Source: Spongospora subterranea f. sp. subterranea
Lineage: Eukaryota
Length of the DNA: 36,208 nucleotides
Direction: 5' to 3'
NCBI GenBank assembly: GCA_049724395.1
Contig: JAUGWO010000144.1
Coordinates: 62,001 to 98,208 of the forward strand
Under the pieces are notes generated by a model. The model searched no databases and had not been told where the DNA came from. It was given only the letters and a program-made list of their open reading frames with translations. The translations under genes were made by a program, and so were the position numbers. Positions 26,071 through 35,313 of this stretch are shown in pieces. How positions within the stretch are numbered: the stretch's first letter is position 1; each line of letters starts with the position of its first letter.

Positions 26071-26175
26071 GTCGCCAAGGCTAGAAGGATATATTCGGAA
26101 AACACAGTTTCTTCTGTTTGCATCATGACAGCTTCGATGATTTTTTTGTCCTTGGCGCTTGGCTGCGCGGGTCTT
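25930..26175. repeat. Fold-back inverted duplication (about 74-bp arms, about 98-nt spacer)
   Basis: 25930-26003 AAGACCCGCGTAGCCAAGCGCCAAGGACAAAAAA..GAAGAAACTGTGT is mirrored at 26102-26175 with a few substitutions and indels. Confidence 0.9.
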
Positions 26176-26299
26176 TCATGCATCTTGTTGAACAACTATT
26201 AAAGAATTCTTAATAGCAACTTGCTGTGTAAGTTGACTTCGACTTTTTATCACTTGGGTGATTCAATCAATTCTGTATTATCTCCTCTTCCGGAGGACC

Positions 26300-28486
26300 T
26301 CCCTCGCAGGTTCCGCAGTGGAACAGGTTAACGATGAACAGAATATGCAGTAAACGTAGCGAGTTGACTGCACTATTGCAAGACGACGCCGTGCAAACTC
26401 GCAGATCGCGTCGATTGCCGGGCGGGGGGGGGGCGCAAGTGCAAGTTCGATGCAATCGAAAAGCGTGTTCACGAGTGGATGAAGAATCTGGGTTTGCGCG
26501 TCAAAGATCAGTATAATCGCTTGAAAGCTCTCCAGTTCTACCACGAAGACCGTGACCCGGATGGTCCAAACGATGAGGAGAGTGACGATGATGGCGAGAG
26601 CTTTTTCAAGGCGTTCAAAGGGATGGTGTACTCATTTCAAAGATCTCCATGATTTAGTGTCGAGGCGGCATACATTTACAAGGGTCTTGCCCGAAAATGC
26701 TGGGCAAATCGTGCAGTCGTAGATCAAGAGTATCCATCAGGTTATTGAGCGCAAAGCCGTGCAATATCATCAACATGGACCAGGTTCCAAGGTACTTCGA
26801 GACTGAGCCGAAATCGACGATAACAACGATTGGAAGCCGCGAGGTGCTGCTACGGAAAGGGGGGAACTCACACAAGCGACTAACGGCCACCTTCACCGTC
26901 CAATCCGACGGAAAGCTTTTGACTCCGCACGTTTTGTTTTCAAAGTTGAAAAACAAGTCTGTTTGTGAAGAAGGAATGCTTGTCGACGTGAACAAGATGG
27001 GCATGCGATCTGATGCGATCTTGCTGCAGCATGCTAAAGACGTTGTGCTGAAACGGGTTCAAACGGCGTTTCGCCGAGAGCCAGTGTTGTATATCATCGA
27101 TTCTTACGCATGTCACCTTAAGATGTTCAACGAGAAGCTAACATGTACGTTGCCATTGTTCCGGCAAACATGACGAACATCTTACAACCACTCGATGTTG
27201 GCATCAACCGATCCTTCCAGTAGTTTTACAATGATCGCTATGATGGATATGTTGCCCACGCGCTCGGAAACCCGGACTTGCAGACCAAGCAAGGAAATGT
27301 CAAGGTTCCGCCGTACAAGTTGGTTTCCCGATGGATATTGGATTGGCAAGAGAGCAGGCTCGATGCGGATATGGCAAAGGCTTTCAAGGTCTGTGGCATA
27401 TGCCACCCCTCCGAATTCGATGTCGAGTTCTTGCGTCCCCCCTTGAAGGCCCTGTTCCACTCCGACTTCATCCTGTCGCCTGGCAACAAGAATTGGGGAC
27501 TTGCTGGAATCGGAGTACGCGACCCTACCTTGCATGCATATCACTGAGCCAGACTTCTACCTCCCATTTAACACAACTACCAGTTTGTTCGCCTGCATCT
27601 ACCGATACAAGGAACCGATACAAGGAAGGAATGGTTTCGGAGGGTGTTGAAGATGTCATTGCCATGATAGACAGCGTTGTCGACTATATGCTCACGCTTC
27701 CGGAACTGAAGGATGTATATTCCATCGATGATGCTAACGCCATCAAGAGCGGTGACGATGTTGCCGCCGAATGTGAAGTCTTCGGCTTATCTCGTTTCTT
27801 CAAGTTGAACATTGTGGTGTCTACACTGGACGACAACGCGAAAGTGTTGTCAAAGTTCACCTTCCAAGGAGATGAGGAGCAACCGAATATCAATCATGTG
27901 CATCTACAGCGCATTAGTGATTATTTCATTATGAAATGTATTTTTTCTGATTAATATAATATGATTAAATACAAATGATTTTACAGCAACTGATAATCGC
28001 CGAAAGAAGTCCTCTGAACGCGCTCCAACCTACACCACTCGCCCGATTGCTTCGCTCCACGTTAATCAGAAAAAATACATTTCATAGTGAAATAATCACC
28101 AATCCGCTGTAGATGCACATGATTGACATTCGGTTGCTCCTCATCTCCTTGGAAGGTGAACTTCGTGAGATAGTTGCTCTCCGCACGCGTCATGAAGTTG
28201 GTAGCGACGCCCAAGGTCACACTTGAATAGTCCGACTTTTCTGACGTGCTCGGTACTCTCCATTGTTACAGAAGAAAACCTGTCTTTATTACGCAAGAGT
28301 GTCAAGACCGCACCTCCGACCGTCATACTCACACTCAACATCTCATATTCAGTACAATGTAATAAAGCACCTAGGCGTTGTATTCAAATACAACACCTAC
28401 TTGGACGTCGGGGGAAGAAAGTTGGTGGTCTAAACCTGCAAGGCCTTGTATTTGAATAGTGCGGCGCAATATTGGGGTGAAGACGG
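26300..28486 (+). mobile_element. Degenerate pogo/Tigger (DDE_1) transposon with CENP-B-type HTH and an OTU-like C-terminal extension; right TIR only
   Basis: [30 protein letters not shown] (HTH). [14 protein letters not shown] and [13 protein letters not shown] (DDD triad). The right end reads CCGTCTTCACCCCAATATTGCGCCGCAC on the minus strand, flanked by TA at 28487-28488. Confidence 0.8.
27853..28163. repeat. Fold-back inverted duplication of the pogo ORF 3' end (102-bp arms, 107-nt spacer)
   Basis: 27853-27954 versus the reverse complement of 28062-28163 shows 4 substitutions. Weaker, indel-rich similarity extends to about 28250. Confidence 0.92.
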
Positions 28487-28639
28487 TACAGTAGCGAGGA
28501 TTATCGATAATCAAAGAAGGAAAGAGAACTTTGTAAAATCCTATTTAACTCAATGTGAATTCTGGAGGAGTTCTCAGTTTCGTCAATCAATACGTTGATT
28601 CATCTTATATCGTCACTGGCGTTCCGCCAACTCTGGATC

Positions 28640-29110
28640 GAAGTTCAATTTCGCAGTCCGGAGTCGTTATAACAAGGTGTTCGTACCGTTTAAGCTCCGA
28701 CCAAAGGTATTGAGTAGATTTGATTTTCACACTCAATCCTTGGTCATTAAGGACGAGATCGCATGGTGCCACTCATCTCCAAGCGTTGGATTGGGATAAC
28801 AAACGATGTTATCGGGTGGATTCAAGCCTGTAAGGAGTGCTCCCTGGCGAAACCTCATGTGCAGAACCATTATGGAATACGATTTAATTGCGAGAAGAAG
28901 TCGATTGAGTACAAGATTGGAGGCTCAAGATTGGAGGCTTATTTACAGTCATTCTCCAGCTGTTTTTCCCAAAGGAGTCAACAAGAAGCTTCATCGTCGT
29001 TGGAGTGGACCGTGGCGTGTTACTAAAGGTTTAACTGATATTCTGTATCGAGTTCAAGACACCATGAATTGCAAGGAGGTTGTATTACATGTTCGACGGA
29101 TGACATGTTG
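28640..29110 (+). mobile_element. Gypsy integrase relic (Zn-binding and GPY/F regions, core deleted)
   Basis: FVPFKLRPKVL..RWIGITNDVIGWIQACKECSLAK, then KGVNKKLHRRWSGPWRV..YRVQD..VLHVRRM. Confidence 0.7.
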
Positions 29111-29311
29111 GGCAATTTCAATAGGGTTCATCAAAATAATAGATAATGAGAAAACCGTGAAAATGGTCATGAACGAATCACAACTATGAGCCGCGATCAA
29201 CGGACTTTAACAAATATTCAGAATGCTATAACAGGGTCGAACCACCACAAAGCTATTCGTCGCAACGCATGTCCCTTCTGGAATGATGAAGTGAGAATCG
29301 CTTACAGGAGA

Positions 29312-29829
29312 TGTTATGATATAGGAGTACGAAATTGTTGTCGTTGTATTTAAACGCAACCTGAGTTTCCCTCAGTTGGCTTCACTTGATTGGGTGCGGC
29401 GGGAACGGCCTTTTGCCCGTATCGTTACAGTCTGCCCCGACCAAGGTCACCGTCCCCGCCGGTATCCAACCGAGTCATGTTGTTGGTGCTCGGTGCGACG
29501 GTGCCGGCCTATCAGGGATTGTTACATTGGAAGTTACTGACCAGTGTTTGGATATCGTTCCGGATGTTGTCGGTGCTGTTAACCTTTTTTTTTCTCGGGT
29601 TCCCATGTCCTATCAACTTCGCTGTACCCCTTCAATTGGACAAGGTACTCCAATTGCCGGTTTTTGCCCCGCGCGTCCATGATACTTGCGACTTCGAAAA
29701 GAGGTTCCTTATCATCGTCCAAGCACACAGGAGGTGGGTTCGGTTGTCGCCGGCCTAGGATTGTGTTTGCCACGTAGGGGTCGAGTAGCGAGGTGCGGAA
29801 TACTGGGTGAATGCGGACGTTATGGGGTA
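29312..29829 (-). mobile_element. 3' end of a chromovirus (Gypsy): integrase C-terminus, chromodomain and a 118-bp 3' LTR (29312-29429)
   Basis: PHNVRIHPVFRTSLLDPY..PNPPP..FEVASIMDARGKNRQLEYLVQLKGYSEVDRTWEP. A G-rich tract precedes an LTR reading TGTAACGATA..TATCATAACA. Confidence 0.8.
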
Positions 29830-32124
29830 CAGTACCGGACATCTTAACTTGACACGCTTTTCAATTTGGTTTTTGAAAACTGCGCGCACAATTTAAGAAA
29901 CACCGTACGGGTAAAATTAAATTGCGCAACTGCAACTGATAAACCAACAGTAATTATTCATGTGTATCAAATTTGGAGGTCTTCCAGCATCCTTTTTGGC
30001 AGGCTGCGATGGCGCTTGTATTTCTTAACAGCAAATTCTACCTGGCGTGGCGATAGTTTATTGCCGTCTTGACCGGTCACTCGATACGCATCGATATATC
30101 GATAACACTTTCTGGCGAATCTTCGGATCTGCGTGTAACGACACGCTTGAAAGAGCGATCGGCACGATCTTCACTAGATCCCGAAAAGAATATGTACAAT
30201 TCTTCCTGGTGAAACTTTTACACGCCGCCCAGAACATTTCTATAAAATTCATTTCGCAGTGAAACTTTGGATAATAGTCGATGATTCCACCACTTTGTTC
30301 CACGATTTCCGTTAACCACTCCCGCTGCTCTTGGAAATCGGGTTGTTCCTGCAGCAATGCCCGCGCACCAGCTAACGACATGGAATTATTCCACAGTCCA
30401 CGTTCAGTCAGAATCGTTCGGAGTCCTTTCTGTACGCCTTGATCATCCTGCATGGGCTGAGTCACTTTTTGGCCTTCCTGGATGAACCATCCGTTCCGTT
30501 GAGACCTGATGTTCTTTCCGCCATCTTTTACTGTTAGGACCTTTGCGTTGAGTGCATCGGGTGGCAGGGCATGATGGTTCTGCGAGTTATCAAACAGGAC
30601 CAAAGCTTGACAATTCGGATGTAGAATCCTGAAAATTGGCAAAACTTTATCGCCCAGCTGCTTTGCTAGATCAGCATTCGTCCAGTATCCATCCGAGTTT
30701 TTACCGGGCTTTATGATTACCACTGATTCAATAGGAACGCCAGGGTTCTGAGCTTGCTGTTCGTCATCGAGTTTTAGGGGCCCATGACACTCGCACAAAA
30801 ATTCTGACACCATTACACTCCTCCCTTCTCCCTTGGGCCGTAATGGCATATGGTTATCATCAATCCATATAGTTTTTTTCCCGTCGTAAGAGCTGAAGCA
30901 TGATTCATCATGTGTTAATAAAATTAATTTTTTCTCCCCGGGTGCAAGCGTTGGCTCCACAATATTCATCAGCTCGTCTCCTTCAAATTTTGCCATCCTT
31001 CGATCGTAGACGTCCATTCGAGATAAAAACGACTCTCTATATATGACGACATCTTCCCTTTCATGGCCGTCATTATACAGACCTTTCTTATATCCTCCAA
31101 AACGCAAACCCAGCGTGTTCAACCACCGTGTTGCCGTTCTTTCTGAGATCGTGACAGGATTACCCATTTTCAAACGGACGTGCAATTCAGCTTTCACCCA
31201 TTGCGAGAATGATAATCCCGATACAGCGTCGTTCCGCTGCGATCGTAGCCATATCATGCATTCCTTGGCGACATCTTCGTCATTCACAAGTGATTTGACC
31301 TTGATAAAACAACCTTGGCGGTGACATGGTAGCTTTTGGTGACGAAGGAAAAAACTCGCCCATCGCCTGATCTTTCGCGAATATGAATCAGCATTGTTGT
31401 TTGGAAAAAACTGAGATGCAACTTGTTTCGAAGCTTGCATCATCGTAATAGAGTTCTGACGCAAAGTAAGATATTGCTTAATTGCATGATATCGAAGATA
31501 ATCATATTTGGAAATGTCCTTCAAGCTTTTTTCGATGGTTTGGGAGCAGTTGAAGGCTGTAAGATCTTCAAGAAGTTTTAGGGCACTGTGTCCGGAGACA
31601 TCTTTCCCATTTTCTGACTCAGAATCGGACGATAATCCATCGCAAACCGACTGCCCATTAGTGGTTTGTCGAACGCATGAACTAAAATACTCCAGAATCT
31701 TGTGATTATTTGATGACGAGTCGATTTTCGCTTGGTTGGCTTTTTTTCTTCTCCACAACGTAGTCGTGCTATTCTTAGAGTAACTGTTACGAAGATGTGA
31801 TCCAGCTCCAGGGATCCATTTCAAAAACGAGGTCGTTGATGAATCAATTTCTTTGTCAGTCAAGACCTCATCATTCGAAAAGTAAAAATCATCACCTTGA
31901 CTATCGCTATGATCAGCATCAGGTTCAGGTTCGGCCAACGACTTCAATTTTTTGCATTCTCTCGCGTGGTGTAATTGCATTGAGCGTTTAGTTTTACGAG
32001 CCATTGAAATTGAGGACTGAGATTGAATTGGTTTCGATCCGTTAGCAGGGTCGTCGTGAAAATCACAAGAAAAACTTTGTTTTTTCAAGGGGGTGACCTG
32101 GGTCTAGTTTTGCGTAACCCACTG
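29830..32124 (-). mobile_element. IS630-Tc1-mariner DNA transposon (possibly Sagan-like), near-autonomous, with mismatched ends
   Basis: TA|CAGTACCGGACATCTTAACTTGACA at 29830 is 19/25 identical to the TIR at 552. The probable other end CAGTGGGTTACGCAAAACTAGACCC (minus strand from 32124) is flanked by TC. Confidence 0.8.
29967..32004 (-). CDS. DDE transposase (DD116E) with a single +1 frameshift near 30135
   Basis: Motifs YNDGHEREDV, THDESCF, VMVSEFL, DGYW, LFDNSQNH and YYPKFHCEMNFIEMFW. Removing one C near 30135 restores LTQIRRFARKCYRYIDAY..AVKKYKRHR..LQI* (stop at 29967). Confidence 0.85.
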
Positions 32125-33969
32125 TCGAATTCGCGTTTGGTCTTGGTCGTCAAAAGACGCCCAATCGACATGTATGCGCCTCCAACACAGCCGCTGTTTG
32201 CTCATGCTTCTTCGTCAACGTCGTTGAGGTCGTCGGGTTTTCTACCGCCCATACAAAATTCAATTTCCTTGCCCACCATACAAACGGGAAATTCTATTTC
32301 ACAGTCCGCGTTGCTGTCCTTAATGCCACCTGCACTCCTTATGGCCCCCCACTTGGCCAGCAGGTCCCTTCCGATGAGTACGTCATGAACCAGCCTGTCC
32401 AACACCACGAATGTCCCCGTCGTACTTTTTCCTCCGATCGACACCTTCGCCCGTGCCCATCCTTCCGGAATGACCTCCCCTCCCACGAAGCTCGCCATCG
32501 GCGCCATGTCCGGTGCCGCTGGCTGCGTCACTTCCCCCGCCGCTGCTATCGCGCGACGTCGAATCAAGCTTACATCCGCCCCTGTGTCAATCAACGCGGT
32601 GAACTATTGATTTCCGATCTCCACAAGGATGATCCCATCTGTTGCTGGCCTCTGCAGACCTCCTGGATCGAAGGAGGTTGGGGCGGCTGCAGCCGCCCCG
32701 CAGCCTCAGGATGCCCCCTGTGGGTTCGTGGCCGTCCTCGCCGCGTCCACTTGATCTTTCTTGGGGCATGCCGTCCTGATGTGCCCCCGCTCATGGCATC
32801 GATAACAGGTCCTTGACCGCATCGCGTGCGCGCAATCCCGGTAGCTGTGTTCGTCGCTCGCGCATGTCCTGCAACGATAGGTTAACTGTGGCGTCGGTGG
32901 TGCCCCGATCGCCGCTGCTCCTACATCGGGCTGGCTTGTCGCTGCCGATCCTATCGTTTTGGCGTTCGTCGGACGGCGTCCAGCGCGTTGCTCGCGCAGC
33001 CGTTCCTTGTATAGACAGGAATGCAAAAATCGCAGTCGCTCCTCGACTGGCAGGTCGCGTGCTCTGTTCGTAAATAAATACGTCGTTTCCAACATCTCCC
33101 TTGTCTTGTCCGCAATGCTGGCCCGGTAGACCAAATATATAACTCGGTCGGTGATTGACCCGGTACATTGACCTGCAACTCATTATTTAATTGTTGTTTC
33201 CAGCCGCTCGAGGAACGCCGTCATCGGTTCCTCCGGTCGTTGGTGGACGGCCAAGGCGGCCCTACCTCCATCGATTCCCGTCCTCCTGTTCCAACGATCC
33301 CTGAATCCGGTCGCGCGCGTACAAGAGCACCTCTTCGTATGGGTCGTCCGGAAGCATTCGCTCAGCGGAAGCAACCAACTCTACGAGCGATTTATTCCCG
33401 ATTCTCGTACTCGAGCCTGCGAACCTTGAGATAGCCATGTTGATCCTGACCGCTGTATCAACCTCTGTCGCGCTCCACGGATTCGCAGGTCGCAATTTCG
33501 GTGGGTTAAACTGCCCTGTGCGAACTGGGATCCGTTGCGCCTGACGGCCTGAGGAAGGTTCGGCCGTTCCCGCGTCACCTTGACATCTGGCTCCGCCTCC
33601 ACCCCCTGAACCGCGGCCGCTTCCGAGGGTGCCGGTAGTAGTCGCTTTGTCAGCGCCTCGATAACCTGGCAGAGCCGCTCCTGCTCTGCCCGCATGCTCG
33701 CCAGCTGTTCTTGCACGCTGGCGGCTTCGTCGTACCCGGACTCTGTTTTCATCGCTCCCGATTATAAAGTTTCAATTATGTGTAGCGATATGTTGCTTTA
33801 GGAGCGAGAGATGGAGTAGGAAGTTGACGTTGTTTGTAATAATTAAAACTTTATTATGACACTGAGTCTGAATCAAAACTCAATCGCCTTGATTTCATGA
33901 CTCATGTCCCTAAACCGAGTGGTGTCACCACAGCCTTGTTTCGCCTGAAATTTCTGGCTCAACGCGACA
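32125..33969 (-). mobile_element. 5' half of a GC-rich Gypsy retrotransposon: LTR (33781-33969), gag with two CCHC knuckles, aspartic protease; truncated by the DNA transposon
   Basis: LTR TGTCGCG..CGCTACA; gag ATG at 33752; CRTCASDEHSYRDC and CYRCHERGHIRTAC; ALIDTGADVSLI..DVLIGRDLL. Frameshifts in gag. Confidence 0.85.
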
Positions 33970-34265
33970 TCTGCCACGCCCCATCAGTGACAGTTGTGAA
34001 GTCCAAATTCGCTCCTTCAACGATGACCTGTCACCGTATATATAATCCTACCAGAGATAGGACACAACACTCTGTTTGATGAGATCGAGGCCGGGATGAC
34101 CGACGTTTTTTCCTTAGCGCTGCGCGACCCCATCGCGGGACTACTACGGGCTGAAAAAACTCAAAAGAGTGATACTGTAGTTCTTGGCGGAATAACCCCT
34201 TAGAAGAAATAGCCCCTAGGGGTGCACATTTTTTACTGAGTTTTAGTTTTTCAGAAAGGACCAAG

Positions 34266-34897
34266 ATGTCGACGGCCGATGCCGAGATCCTTGGTCTTCG
34301 AAATCCCGACAATGGACGATCGTGTGGGTCACATACAGTCTGTGGCGATGTGGTCACTGTCGACACGCTTTTGCGGTTCAAATTCACCCTTATTGAGAGT
34401 ATTTTCCCACAATGTCTCGTTTCTATCAACACCAACATTTTGATGTTTACAATTCCTCAATCAGGAAACGGTGTGGTCGAAGAAGCGGTGGCTGTACATA
34501 CTGTCATCAATGGTTATGAATCTGTAACATATGTGTCAACGTATTGACCCTATGTTATAGCCTACGACAGGCTACCCTATTGTATTGGATATAGCTGGCA
34601 ACGGAGTTCCTGACGGACTTTACGGACCAGATATCGGATCTAATACACAGAGAGTATATTGGCTCGGAATAGGAACATCTATTGTGTGTAAATAGCATCT
34701 ATAGTAATCCACCTGACCAGTGTATACCGATGTATGTTACAGAATCGTGTCGTATCGGATTCCTGCCCAAGAGCTGCGTTCCGGTGCATGAGCGATATGT
34801 GGGAAAGTTCGCACAAGTGGTAGATACAGCAGTTGTCGAAATAATTTTCATGAAGAAGTTCTCTTATACGCTGCGAAAGTTCAACCGAGAATCTTAA
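34266..34897 (+). pseudogene. Small Cys/His-containing HIRAN-like protein gene disrupted by a solo LTR
   Basis: After removing the intron 34399-34464, the LTR and one TSD copy, it reads MSTADAEILGLRNPDNGRSCGSHTVCGDVV..LRF..EEAVAVHTVINGYESCRIGFLPKS..YVGKFAQV..* with no stop. The HIRAN assignment is an inference. Confidence 0.6.
34523..34741. mobile_element. Solo LTR (219 bp)
   Basis: Perfect 9-bp terminal inverted repeats TGTAACATA..TATGTTACA, with 5-bp TSD GAATC at 34518-34522 and 34742-34746. Confidence 0.92.
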
Positions 34898-35313
34898 TGG
34901 GCGAAGCAATTGGACACGTTGGACGTCTCAAATCACATTAATTAGGGGCGTACGCGACAAAGGCGACGACAGTTGCTTCGACCAGTTTACTTCAGTCATC
35001 GAAAGATTTGTAAAGCGGCACCGAGCGATTTCCGAGTGATGTTCTGATTGGTTTCAAATAACCGGCTCATAAGAAGCGGGTTCCGTTATCTTTTGCAAAA
35101 GTCGCACCGCTGTTGCCAAAGAAAGCTTGATGTGGCCATATCGCTTAGGACTGTAATTACACGATCAAGAACAGATTCGCAAAATTCCTGTCCCATTGAC
35201 CCTGACACGTTAAGTGGTTGACGGTAGTCACCTGCATGAATGATATCCATATTTATGTTATGACATAGTTTGTAATCGCGACAACAGAGCGCGTTAATGA
35301 TGCTTAAACTCAA

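Noticed and set aside
29120..29310. RRNACPFWNDEVR, reminiscent of a LINE ORF2 linker
   Set aside because: A single short motif; insufficient support.
34210..34953. TAGGGGTGCAC (34217) and TAGGGGCGTAC (34943) resembling hAT termini around the HIRAN-like gene
   Set aside because: They are in direct rather than inverted orientation and no 8-bp TSD was found.
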